Below, one piece after another: positions 13,341 through 26,089 of a stretch of DNA of 64,000 nt; position 1 is the first letter of the stretch, and the number at the start of each line of letters is the position of its first letter. This DNA comes from Octopus vulgaris (taxonomy: Eukaryota): NCBI GenBank assembly GCA_951406725.2, contig OX597814.1:48732001-48796000 (forward strand), read 5' to 3'. Made by a program: the position numbers and the translations under genes. The notes under the pieces were generated by a model. That model had not been told where the DNA came from, did not search any database, and saw only the letters and a list, made by a program, of their open reading frames with translations.

Positions 13341-14106
13341 CTTTTACTCTTTTACATTTTTACTTGCTTCAGTCATTTGACTGCGGCCATGCTGGAGCAC
13401 CGTCTTTAGTCGAGCAAATCAACCCCAGGAATTATTCTTTGCAAGCCTAGTATTAATTCTATCGGTCTCTTATGCCGAACCGCTAAGTTACGGGGAGGTT
13501 AACACGCCGCCATCGGTTGTCAAGCGATGCTGGGGGGACAAACACAGACACACAAACATATACACATACATACATACATACATACATACATACATACATA
13601 CATACATACATACATACATACATACATACATACATACATACATACATCTCTTTTACCATTCCCTCTTTGATTCAGCTCTCCTGTTTTTAAAAAACATTTT
13701 CCTCCTTTTTTACCACTTCCTTCTTTTTAGTATGTGACCTCGTGAAGACTACCTGCAATTTTTTTCCTCTGTCCTCCCGTCTCGGGATCTTTCTTTCTCC
13801 TATGTTTCCGACGAAGAGCTCCGCTCGAAACGTCATACCCTCCTTCTTCCATTTTCCTGAGCGCCTAATAATAATAATACTGTAATTGTTCCACGTGTTG
13901 TTGTTGTTTCTGTTTTCCCGTTTGGATTAACCTTATATATATATATATATACGACGGGCTTCTTTCAGTTTCCGTCTACTAAATCCATTCACAAGGCTTT
14001 GTTGGCCCAAGGCTATAGTAGAAAACACTTGCCCAAGGTGCACGCAGTGGGACTGAACCCGGAACCATGTGTTTGGTAAGCAAGCTACTTACCACACAGC
14101 CACTCC
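13341..14106 (-). mobile_element. tRNA-derived SINE, family B, with an internal microsatellite carrying a nested HHR element
   Basis: Minus-strand head ggagtggctgtgtggtaag (A box) and ggttcagtccc (B box), followed by ccttgggcaagtg. Homologous to 25612-26010. Confidence 0.85.
13804..13838 (+). ncRNA. Minimal HHR motif with a U4C mutation, in a small element at 13646-13932
   Basis: gttt-CCGACGA-a-GAGC tcc GCTC-GAAA-C-GTC-atac. Homologue at 62043. Confidence 0.7.
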
Positions 14107-14252
14107 GTTAATTTTTGAAATATTTAAGGCAGGGTGCTGGCAGAATCGTGAATCGTAAGTCGTGTTGGACAAAGTGATTTGCGGTATCTCTTCCAGACCT
14201 TTAATATTTCAAAGATTAACAGGGTTTAATATCTAATAATAATAATAATAAT

Positions 14253-14308
<56 letters not shown>

Positions 14309-14755
14309 GAATAATAATTATAATAATAACATTACTGTTTTCTTGGAGTATGAATAACTTTAAACATGAAACTATGAAATAATTTTTTTTTTAGTATAAT
14401 ATCTAAAACTTTACAATTCTGTTGATATTGACTTTCCCTTTCACCTTTTGGGTGGGGGAAGGATCGATAAAGTACCAGTCAAATACTGGGGTTGATGTAG
14501 TCGACTCCTTCCCATTAAATTGCTTGCTTTCTGCCAAAATTATAGATAATTTTTTTTAAATATTTACAATATAACGGAGCATTCTAAAAATTTACAATCC
14601 AACTTATAGAGTAAAAAAAAAACTGAATATTTTAGAAATATAAACAAATCAAAATGTGAAACAAGGAAATAATGTATTGTTTTCTGTCTTTCATGGTATT
14701 TCAAAGATGTGACTTACATATGAAAATTTTATAACGAGGCTGCTTCAAATTTCTA

Positions 14756-14815
<60 letters not shown>

Positions 14816-15140
14816 GTGCACACAGGAGTGGCTGTTTGGTAAGTAGTTTGCACACACACATACACACACACAACACATGCATATACACATATTCATAAAC
14901 GTACACCCAAGTGTGTGTGCGTCTGTGATAGAGAAATATAAAGGAAAAACTGAAAGAAAAAAATAAAATAAAAAGTTTGATGTGACAAACAAACAACATT
15001 TCTATGCCTCACACCAATTCCCCTACTCAACTACAACTCCCTTACAGTTAACAGTCTATCTACATTTCCTTTCTTGACACCTCTTTGTTTTCCTTAAAGG
15101 AAACCTCGGGCTTGAATTTTTTTGATTTTTGTTCTTATAT

Positions 15141-15373
15141 ATATTTCTTTACTGACCACAAGGGGCTAAACATAAAGGGACAAACAAGAACAGACAAAGG
15201 GATTAAGTAGATTACATCGACCCCAGTGCGAAACAGGTACTTGATTTATCGACCCCGAAAGGATGAAAGGCAAAGTCGACCTCGACGGAATTTGAATTCA
15301 GAACGTAACGGCAGACGAAATACGGCTACGCATTTCGCCCGGTGCGCAAACGTTTCTGCCAGCTCGCCACCTT
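15141..15373 (-). mobile_element. Full-length family A SINE
   Basis: Full homology to other copies. Probable TSD atttttgttc(t/a)tata at 15125 and 15374. Confidence 0.9.
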
Positions 15374-16273
15374 ATTTTTGTTCATATAGTATTCCGGGTT
15401 GCATCCAGATTTCCTTTGAAATGTTTGGTAAAGTTTCGTTGAGAAATGGTGTCGTTTGTTTAAGACTAACAAACATCGAAACTTATAGATATAGAAGATC
15501 GGTATATTTTTCATTTGACAAAAATCTGTATCTTCATCTTAGCAGAAGAAAATTTAATAACTTCAACCGGAGATACGAACCATTTCACTGTTATGGGACT
15601 TTAACTCTTCCTCTACTTGGGTGTAACATTAACTTTATTTCGGTGTTCATTTACGTACTTTTTAAGACAAAACACAAGGTCAAAATAACTTTTTTGTGCC
15701 AAATGGTTAAAGTATTTATTTCATTATTAAAGTGTAGAAAAAATATCTAAATATAACTGCTAGTTACAACTTTGAAATGAGGATACTCTTGACTGCCTCT
15801 AAAAGTAACAATGTCTAAATATAACCGTTCGAGACAACATCTTAAAACCAGGATTCTCTTGTGAAGTGAATATCACGGCTAGAACATTCTCAGTAAATGT
15901 GTCAAATAACTGATGGTTATTACAGTTAGAAAAATAACAGATGTATACTCGACACCATTTGATTTTGCTGACTCAACATCCCGATTCAAAGTTGTACTAT
16001 TTCAAATGAGCTGGAATTAACAGGAGGCAATTTATGATGATCGTCGTTGAACAAACAAATAGCATTGAAACTAACACATGTCATGTTTCGTCGGTGACCT
16101 GAGAGTTAATTCTCTTCTTATTTTCTCTTTACAACAATTTACATTTTCTTTCGGCTACATGGGTGGGGGTTAAGGGTGTATATTATTGGGAATTGCAGTA
16201 AATGAAAGAGTTATTGGGATAAGGAAGAGAGATCCGAAGCAAAAAAGAAGGAAAGAACGATAGAACTAGAACT

Positions 16274-16682
<409 letters not shown>

Positions 16683-17201
16683 TAAAAGAAGGGAGAGAGG
16701 GAAAGGCAAGGGATGAAGAAAATCAGAGAGAGTGAGTGAGAAAAATATTTCAAAATATATAAATATGTTTACTAACTTGAGTTTAAAGACTGTAATGAGA
16801 TGCAGCTAGAAGTCACTAAATGATGGTGAGGGCTGACCTTGTCTGCACGTATAACATTACATAAGAGCAGACATATGAAAGGATGTCTGAATGTAAGGTG
16901 AACTTCAGCTGAGCATTACCTAACGCGGTTGTTTACATGGGGACGTTATATGAAATATGCATCCTTCTGATTGGTTAGATTCAGCCGAATATTTGGAGTG
17001 CCCAACTTTTATTTGTAAAGACAGTAACGCTGCCATAACAAAAACAGAAAGAATGACAATATTGATAATTGCTGTGTCAGCAAAGGCAACAACGACATAA
17101 TAAATATAACGATAATAGTAAAAATAATAATAGAAACTCCTAGTCAGTATCAGCGAAGCCTACTTGCTAAGTCGTGTAGCCATCTCAGCTTTAGAGTGAA
17201 A

Positions 17202-17593
17202 CTAGCAGTATCGCCCGGCGTTGCTCGGGTTTGTTTCGACCCTTTATAATTGGAATTTTGAAAAGTAAAAATTTTGCATTATGTAGCTTGTTATTCTCTT
17301 TAAGTGAACATTTTTCTGGTTGAAATACACCGATAAATGGCGACACAGCAGTTAAAAAATCGTAAAAAAATAGGGATTTTCATAGAAAAAAAGCACCTTT
17401 TTGATATAAATAATTTTTGGTGTTAACATGGTCCGATTTGAATTTTTTCTTCTACGGAAGGAAGGGCAAGCCTTCTTCTATCATACTCTCAATTCTGGTT
17501 AATTTGCGCCGCAGGGTCTCGGAGGAGATAGTGTTAGTTGAAAGTTACCAAACCTGCCATACACAGACAACTTCAGCTTTATATATAGAGAGA
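17202..17593 (-). mobile_element. Non-autonomous Helitron (short Lep1-like architecture)
   Basis: The minus strand starts TC(TCTATATATAAAG) and ends with a GC hairpin (cccgagcaacgccggg) followed by CTAG. It sits between host A and T. A near-identical copy is at 24370. Confidence 0.85.
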
Positions 17594-18677
17594 TGAAACA
17601 GTGGAGGTAACGTTTAACGAATAACTATAATAATTTGTGGTTTTGATGTAAAATATTTAACTCTAGAGTGAGGCAGTAAAATTGCAAATTGTGGAATTTC
17701 TTCCATTCTGTGGGTGTTAGTGGGGTTGTTAAATAGTTCAGCTTGTTTATATGAAAACATATTGAGGGAATGAAAGCTTATTGAGGATATGAAACCTAGT
17801 CGTCAAGTAATAGATTCTCGTCAATACGATGGTCATCAGTGAGCAATGAAACGAACAACATTTTGTATATCTAATGTTCTTATGTCCAAATTATGAGCTC
17901 GTATATTTTATAGTGTGTAAAAACTTTAAGTTTGGTGTATGGCTAATTAGTTCAAAGAATCCATTTTGTTATCTGAACTTCCTTTGTTTGCGTTGACGGC
18001 CTCTATAAATCGTTGCAGTTTATAGAGATATCCGTATTCAAAAGCTCTAGGTAACAACTATAGGAAGAAATCGTGATATCACGATATCCATTTAAGCAAC
18101 CAGCCCTTGAATAGGTACGGAAATAAATCAGTTTTCCGCTCCTGTCTGAAGTTAGACTGATGTCACCTTTCAAGAAGTGATGTCCTGCAAATGTACTTAT
18201 ATCCGATCTAAAATGGCGAAATCGAGAAAAGACAAATGTAAATTCCTAAATCACAATTCTAAAAGCAATCTGTTTATTATTTTTTATTCTTACTTTGTGA
18301 ATGTTCGAAAACGACTACGTAAGAAAGAATTTTCAAAAAGATAACTAAAAAAAGGAAGCAGGGAGAAAAAGGGAGAAAAGAAAAAGAAATAAAACCGCGG
18401 TTAACAATCCGCATGGAAGCCATTTATGTAATATTTACATCGGCTTGGCCATACCGTCAAGTTTGATGTAACCGTTTCATCCTCATTTGAATAAGGTGTT
18501 TCATAACAAATAAATCACGCCACGAAGTAGACACAGATTTAAGCTGTTTCATACAGGGCAGAGAAGGCCAGGCGATGCTCAATTAGAGACTTCACATTAC
18601 TGGTGTGTGTATATATTATTGAAACATTCCTCCAGGTTCACAGAACGTAAAGTCAATAACATCTGCTGTATTTTTTC

Positions 18678-18711
<34 letters not shown>

Positions 18712-19531
18712 CGTGCATGCACGCACACATGCACACACACACACACACTTATACATACATACATACGTGTATTATCAGTGTTTCATAAACATCTTAAAGA
18801 AGATATGTACATATACGTAAGGCTGTACAAGTGTGAATACTATTGAATATATATACGTAGGAGCATTTACATGCGTATGTTTATGTGTGGGCACGCGTGT
18901 ATGTGTGTGTGAGAGAGACAAGGTGTGTGTGTGTGTGCGTGTTTGTGCAAGTGTGTCTGTGTGCGTGCGTGCTTGCGTGTGTATGCTTCTCGGGTATTTC
19001 AATGTATATACATACAGATAAGAGACATTAACACGTGAAAACATGATAGTTTGCGTTTGTGGAATTTATTGCTTTTCATCGTCCTTAGTAAAAACAAAAA
19101 CAAAAGCAAAAAAACTGAACTGCACGTTCGTGAGTGCATGAGTGTGATGCGTGTGTATGTATGTGAGTATGTGTATATGATGTTTGTGTATGTGTGTGTG
19201 TAGATGGGGGTGTATTTCTGTGTCTGCTCGTGCCCGCACCCGCTTGTATGCTCAAGAATGCTATATTTTTCACTTTCGCAATTTTGAAATAGCATATATT
19301 GCATGTAGTTAAGACGAAGTAAACGAAACGCACAAATATACCATAAAATAGGGCAATAAATAAATAAATAAATTTATTTTTAAAAATTATAAATATATAT
19401 ATATATATATATAAGTTAGATTCGCTTGAATTAGGTACTTAAGTTGAAGCACCAAGTCGGTCCGGTATTATCCGCACAGCCCGATGTAAGGTGAATAAAA
19501 TTAAAATAAGCAACTGGATATCTAGTAGTGA

Positions 19532-19617
19532 TGCAGTACGGCCGTTTCAAGCGGCTCCATTTAATTGAACAATGCAATCATTGCTTCAATTTAAATGCAG
19601 TGCCATCTTCAGTTGCA
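19532..19617 (-). ncRNA. Type I HHR motif with a long stem II, in an element at 19413-19709 bounded by (TA)n
   Basis: Minus strand: tgcaa-CTGAAGA-[catttaaattgaagcaatg/cattgttcaattaaatg hairpin]-GAAA-CGGCC-GTA-ctgca. Stem III ACGGCCGT is palindromic. Confidence 0.8.
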
Positions 19618-19841
19618 CAAATAAAGAATAAAGAATCGCATGGGGCAAAGTGGGGTCATATAGGGTCGTAAGGGATTGCAATTCATTTCTAATTCATTTA
19701 TCTTTTATGTATATATATATTACGGAAATGTACTTGCATAGCAAGGGACCTGATCTGAAATCGAGCGCTGAAGTAAAAACAACTAAAGCGAGGAAGGTGT
19801 TTATAAGCCATTTAAAAACACACTTCGACATTTAAATTTAA

Positions 19842-19892
19842 TTTGTCAAAATATTTTCGTCGCTTTGAGACCGCGACCTGTTCACTGACTAA
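19842..19892 (-). ncRNA. Variant HHR motif with a G3:C8 core (GUGAACA)
   Basis: Minus strand: ttagtca-GTGAACA-g-GTCGC ggtctcaaa GCGAC-GAA-AATATT-T-tgacaaa. Confidence 0.7.
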
Positions 19893-19931
19893 ATTCCATG
19901 CTGCATCTGAGAAAGTAAAAGTTTGTTCATG

Positions 19932-19962
<31 letters not shown>

Positions 19963-20891
19963 TGCATGTATGTACGTATGTATGTATGTATGTGCGTATT
20001 CATATGTGTATATGCGTATGCATGCCTGCATGCCCATACGCATGTATGTATCTATATCTGTCTGTCTGCCTGTATGTATGTATGTATGTATGTATGTATG
20101 TATGTATGTATGTATGAATGTATGTATATACGTACGTATGTACGTATGTATGTGAGTATGTAGTTATGTGTGTAGGCGTGTCTCTGTGTGTGTATATGTA
20201 TATATACATGTGAACTATGTTTATGTGTTTATGTACTGATATGTGTGTCTGTTCAAGTTGTATATATGACTGTTACTCTGTCGAAGGTTGTATATATGTG
20301 TGTTGTGCGTGTGTGTGTCCTTCTCACCACCGTCTAACGGTGAAAGTATATAATGTCTTCGATACGTACATGCAAATATAAACCTATCTATTCTTACGTA
20401 CAAGCACATACAATCATATAAACACGTATACACTCACATATATAGTATAATCTCAAAGTATACACATATATACGCTTATCCATCTACACATATATATGTG
20501 CTTACATACATATGTATATAATATGTACATATATCTATACACCTACTCATATGTGCATGCATGTACACACTTATACATACATATACTCACACCACACATA
20601 CACACGCACACACACAGACATACACACAGACATACACACGCACGCTAAAATACACATACATCTACACATACGTACATACATATCAATCTATGTACACTCA
20701 TACGATTATATATAATTACATATATGTATTTCAGTATCATGCATCCCAGCATGAGTGTATGGATTTCTACATGTAAATGAGAGAAAGGGATGATTATAGA
20801 TGGGTATTCCCGAACGGAATTTGGGTGTTACCCCATTCGGATTTACGGTTGAGGTGGGGTTTGTATTCCTGTGGCTTGTCTCAGCATTGCA

Positions 20892-21600
20892 TCAGTGGGA
20901 TGTGTAGATAAGTCTCCCTAAGGAGCCATTGTGACAATCTACAGCATGCTGATAGAAGATGGAGTTTGGCTTTTTTTCAGTGTAGTTGTCCAAGTGTTTT
21001 TTGAACCTATCATTGATACTCCTAGAAGTCTCACCAATATATGACTCTGAGATAATTGCGCAAGTTCCGTCTTGGCATTTAATCTGGTATACAGTGTTTG
21101 TTTTTTTTTTGTAGTTCATATGTGGGTTTGTAGAACATACTGCATAATTATTCTGACACGTGATTCTGTCAAATGGGTATGATTTACTTAATACAGATTT
21201 GATAGTCCAACCTGTCTTTTCTACAACTTTGATCTTAAGGCCAGTTGTTTGCAGGATTTTCTTAAATGCCCTATTTAATTCGTTCCTAGGCGTAGCGTCA
21301 ACAAACATTACACTGAAACTTCTTGTTACTATACCAGGTATAATTTCTATTTCTTTTGTTGGTGTTCCTCTTCAACCTATTTCAGAACTTGTTGCGTTAC
21401 AGGGGGCATATGCTGTTTTCGTCATCTCTTAGAATGCGTTCGAATCTTGTTTCCGCTCCTTTGTACACTCTGATTCTATTGTGCTGTTTGTAACCGGAAC
21501 GTTGCATTTGGAATATGTAATGCTGAATGTGTTGTTGTTGTTCTTGTGGTTGTTATAGCGGGGATACGTTCCTCATTACTCTAAGTGTGCCACTTGGATG
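20892..21600 (-). pseudogene. Penelope-like element fragment (RT thumb/linker and GIY-YIG endonuclease)
   Basis: VYQIKC...YIGETSRSINDRFKKH, preceded by IKVVEKTGWTIKSVL and FVDATP. Confidence 0.85.
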
Positions 21601-21664
21601 TTGATTTTGGTATATACGTATATATCATGAACAAACTGTTACTTTCTCAGATGCAGCTCGAAAT

Positions 21665-21715
21665 TTTGTCAGTGAAAAGGTCGTGGTCTCAAAGCGACGA
21701 AAATATTTTGAGAAA
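21665..21715 (+). ncRNA. Second copy of the G3-core variant HHR (position 8 is A)
   Basis: tttgtca-GTGAAAA-g-GTCGT ggtctcaaa GCGAC-GAA-AATATT-T-tgagaaa. The host element at 21623-21797 is homologous to about 19780-19933. Confidence 0.65.
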
Positions 21716-21918
21716 TTAAATTTAAATGTTGAAATGAATCAAACGGATTTTGTCTGTTTTTAAATGGCTTATAAACACCTTCCACGCAGTAATTGTTAAT
21801 ATATATATATATATTGATAGAAATGGTAAGACAACAAAAGAATGAAAGAGACCGTGATATTATGTAAATAGAGGGATTTATCAGTAAATATAATATGTGA
21901 CAATTATTCGGTAGTCAT

Positions 21919-21979
21919 GATAAAACTCCGAGTTTCAGGTGTCGGGATGGAAATCCACGCCGGCATCTCTTCAATTATC
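21919..21979 (-). ncRNA. Type I HHR motif (C3U)
   Basis: Minus strand: gataa-TTGAAGA-gatgccgg..ccgacacct-GAAA-CTCGGA-GTT-ttatc. Confidence 0.65.
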
Positions 21980-22339
21980 GGGCCATCGAAAAACAATGCT
22001 ATGAAAATGACCGTTAAACAAAGGGAAATTACTGTGTGATTGACCGTTATTAAGACAAAAGAGCTATTAGAATGACCGCTAAGTAAGGGGAGGGAGTAAA
22101 GGTAAGGGGGTAAAACTGTTCATAGCAATCGTGTAAATGCGCATGTACGTGGGTGTGCGGGCGCGCATGTGTATGTATGGACATGCGCGCTTACGCGATT
22201 GCTACTTTTACCCCCTTACCTTTATTCCCTCCCCTTTCTTAGCGGTCATACTAATAGCTCTTTTGTCTTAATAACGATCAATCACACAGTAATTTCCCTT
22301 TGTTTAACGGTCATTCTCATAGCATTTTTTTGATGACCC

Positions 22340-22400
22340 GATAACTGAAGAGATGCCGGCGTGGGTTTCCGCCCCGACATTCGAAACTCGGAGTTTTATC
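22340..22400 (+). ncRNA. Type I HHR motif
   Basis: gataa-CTGAAGA-gatgccgg..ccgacattc-GAAA-CTCGGA-GTT-ttatc. Stem I is a perfect 5 bp. Confidence 0.8.
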
Positions 22401-22433
22401 ATGGTTACCGAATAACTGTCACATATTATATTT

Positions 22434-22477
<44 letters not shown>

Positions 22478-22480
<3 letters not shown>

Positions 22481-23136
22481 GTAGAAAAATACAAACTGGG
22501 ACAAGAACGTAAAACATTTAGAAGACGATACAAAAAACACGGACGGGACATTCGAAGCCAACAATCTTCAGTCAAGAACCGGATCATCCTAGCAATTTCG
22601 GCCAGCCCCAAGGAAAACTAAGCTACGAGCATTAGATTTCTTGGGAAAAGGATCGAATGTATACGAAACAGGGACAGAAAAACGGACGATGCCACACGAA
22701 TATAAAATACAAAAAACAATAAAGTAAAAACAGGACAAAAACAGCGGGTGTCTTACGACTAATAGACAGTACAACTTAGTTTAGCTGGCGTATTTGGAAA
22801 AAAATGCCTTTTGCGGCAGACGAAGACAATGATGTTCTCATGGCGCTGGTTAGAAGCCGAAAGGCTGGTTGACCAGCGGTCACGTGAGAGGAGAAGAGAG
22901 AGAAAAAAAAGGGGCAAAGGAATCAAAGAGAGAGAGAAAAAGAGGGACGAAGGCAACATAGGGGGGAGAAGAGAGAGAAGGAAGGAATTAAAGAGGGGAG
23001 AAGAAAGAGAGCGTGCCAAGGATTGGCTTGTCGACAGAATCAGTGAGTGCAAAGTGAGAAAGACAGACAAATGTGAGAGATTGGGGGAAGAGTAGACCAA
23101 AGAATCAGAGGCAAGAAAAGAGAAAAGGAGGAGGAG

Positions 23137-23213
<77 letters not shown>

Positions 23214-23622
23214 CAGATCAAAGTAGAGTGCAAAGTGTGAAAGGCAGAGAAATGTAGGAGAGAGAGACAGTGTTATAGAGTCGTACCAAATTTTAAGGAA
23301 TATGTACTTACATAAGGCCAAAGAGGGTACGGCCGCCGCTATATATATTATATGTAGAAAAATACAAACTGGGACAAGAACGTAAAACAATTAGAAGACG
23401 ATACAAAAACACGGACGGGACATTCGAAGCCTTCAATCTTCAGTCAAGAACCGGATCATCCTAGCAATTTCGGCTGATTAATCTTGAGATCGCTCCGATC
23501 CGGCCAGCCCCAAGGAAAAACTAAGCTACGAGCATTAGATTTCTTGGAAAAAGGTTCGAATGTATACGAAACAGGGACAGAAAAACGGACGATGCCACAC
23601 GAATATAAAATACAAAAAACAA
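22478..23622. mobile_element. Unclassified (TA)n-associated element with a partial direct copy
   Basis: 22478-22720 is repeated at 23351-23622, with a 30-bp indel. Both copies start at tatgtagaaaaatac after TA runs. Confidence 0.7.
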
Positions 23623-24369
23623 TATATATACAATTATAATTAAATGTATAGAAAAATTCTTGCCTATATGCTAAATCGTCGAACCACATTAAATATCATC
23701 ACTCTTATTATTATTACACACGTGTCGAAAGGCGAGGGAGCAAGCTAACGGAAATAGAGAAGCTGGGGCTTTCAGCTCGAAAGCGTTTCTTCATTATTTG
23801 GTCTGATATGCAGCCGGTTTATAGCATCTTGGACGATTTCCTCAATGGCCATGGAACATACTGAACATCGTTAACAACCACAGAAATTTTGTTAATCCAC
23901 TATAAACAACTTTTGGGGGTTTACTTCAACTTTTGTATTTTCTTCTGTAACAATCTAAAATATTTATATTGATATCATTTTATTTCATTCATATAAAACA
24001 AACGAATATGATAAAATTTTCGATAAATTCCGTTGATAATGGAATACATTCACATATAAGTGAAGGAATGTGAGGAAATTCGAAGAAGTTTCACAAAATG
24101 AAGAGATAAACTTCTTGATTCATATTAAAAAGAATTTGTTTCAAGAACATAGAAATGTCATTTTTTAAAAAAAATTTGCTGGATTTTACATTACTTTCAT
24201 ATTTGAATTATATTTTTAATAATATAATTCATATTGTCAGGCTCTTTCTATCTCCATCAGCAAAAAATAATTAAAAACGCGCGCGCACACACACACTCAC
24301 ACACACACACGCACACACACACACACACACACACATCATTTCATTCATATAACAGAGAAATATCAAAAA

Positions 24370-24764
24370 CTAGCAGTATCGCCACGCGTTGTTCGGATTT
24401 GTTTCGACTCTTTAGAATTGGAATTTTTGAAAAGTAAAAATTTTGCATTATGTAGCTTGTTATTCTCTTTAAGTGAACATTTTTCTGGTTGAAATACACC
24501 GAAAAATGGCCACAGAGCAGTCAAAAAATAGTAAAAAAAAATAGGGTTTTCATAGAAAAAAAAACACCTTTTTGATGTAAATAATTTTTGGTGTTAACAT
24601 GGTCCGATTTGAATTTTTTCTTCTACGGAAGGAAGGGCAAGCCTTCTTCTATCATACTCTCAATTTTGGTCAACTTGCGCCGCAGGGTCTCGGAGGAGAT
24701 AGTGTTAGTTGAAGGCTACCAAACCTGCCATACACAGACAACTTCAGCTTTATATATAGAGAGA
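24370..24764 (-). mobile_element. Non-autonomous Helitron, second copy
   Basis: Near-identical to 17202-17593, with the same TC...CTAG termini in an A/T site. Confidence 0.85.
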
Positions 24765-25199
24765 TAATATTAATAGATTCCATGACTCAATCGAAAGTGT
24801 TCAAATTAATGTTGATCTGCCTTAACTATATGATCGATGTTGCGTGGCAGAGTAACATGTCTTCTCATATAGGTTAGTCGGGAGTATATCAATATCTTTA
24901 TTTAACCTTTTTTAACCGACATATGACGAGAGTTAACTTCCGTGGATTCAAAGCGAGAATGCCTCTACGTGGTCGCCCGATCCGCATGGAATGACAACCA
25001 AATTTCCTAAAATTACAACCCACAATAATTTTTTTAAAGGACACATCGAATAATGAAATCCGAGTTACAGTATAAAAGAGGAACGGTTAGGGATGGAACG
25101 CCTTTAACCGTAAGTCTAATTGATCACGGCTGACTTGGAGCATACAATAGCAGCAACATCATCGCCTTTTTTGTTTTTCACTCATCTCATAATTACAAA

Positions 25200-25416
25200 T
25201 GACCCACAAGGGGCTAAACATAGAGGGGACAAACAAGGACAGACAAAGGTATTAAGTCGATTACATCGACCCCAGTGCGTAACTGGTACTTAATTTATCG
25301 ATCCCGAAAGGATGAAAGGCAAAGTCGACCTAGGCGGAATTTGAACTCAGAACGTAACGGCAGACAAAATACCGCTAGGCATTTCGCCCGGCGTGCTAAC
25401 ATTTCTGCTAGCTCGC
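25200..25416 (-). mobile_element. Family A SINE
   Basis: Near-full homology to the copy at 46067. Confidence 0.9.
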
Positions 25417-25611
25417 TGTCTATACTCACCACTATCATACTAGCGACTGACCAACTGTGTACACCGCTGCAGCTCTGTTATTCTACCTACATTTACTTCA
25501 TATCAGTTTTTCTTTTACTCATCGCTATCTCCACCTCCCATACTTCACTAAATCCACCTGGTTACTCAAAATTTAAATATGAACCTCAGTGATTTTATAT
25601 TTACATAGGTA

Positions 25612-26010
25612 CTGCCATGGCTGTGTGGTAAAAAGCTCACATGTGGTTTCAAGTGAGTCTCACTGCGTGGTACTTTGGGCAAATATCTTCTACTATACCC
25701 CCGGCTACACCAAAGCCTTGTGAGAGGATTTTGGTAGACGGAAACTGAAAAGAAACCCGTCGTATGTATATGCACGCGTGTTTGTGTGTGTGAGTCTTTA
25801 TATTTTGTTTTTTTCCCCTCACGATCGCTTGACAAGTGGTGTTGGTTTGTTTACGTTCCTGTTACATAGCGGTCCGACAAAAATGTCAATAAAATAAGTA
25901 CCAGGTTTAAAAATAAGTACTGGGAGGGAGTCAACTTGTTCGATTAAACTCTTCAAGGCGGTGCCCCAGCATGACCACAATCCACTGACTGAAACAAGTG
26001 AAAGATAAAC
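25612..26010 (+). mobile_element. Family B SINE
   Basis: tggctgtgtggtaa head, ggtagacggaaactgaaa..cccgtcgtat, and ccagcatgaccac..gaaacaagt tail. Homologous to 13341-14106. Confidence 0.8.
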
Positions 26011-26089
26011 GATACTACCCTGTATCAAATTACGCTTATTATTAATTATAATCTCTGTCGACATCGCATTCGCTGCTAACCTATATGTA

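Larger units (their letters stand above)
21884..22435. repeat. Long inverted repeat with one HHR per arm
   Basis: Arms of about 260 bp (21884-22147 and 22180-22435). The element, including about 70 bp of extra left flank, lies between (TA)n tracts. Confidence 0.92.

Noticed and set aside
14040-14106. tRNA-like A and B boxes
   Set aside because: These are SINE heads and do not form a complete cloverleaf.
15226-15750. Recurrent MRNWYLIYRPRKDERQSRPRRNLNSER ORFs (also 25275 and 46152)
   Set aside because: They are antisense readings of the family A SINE.
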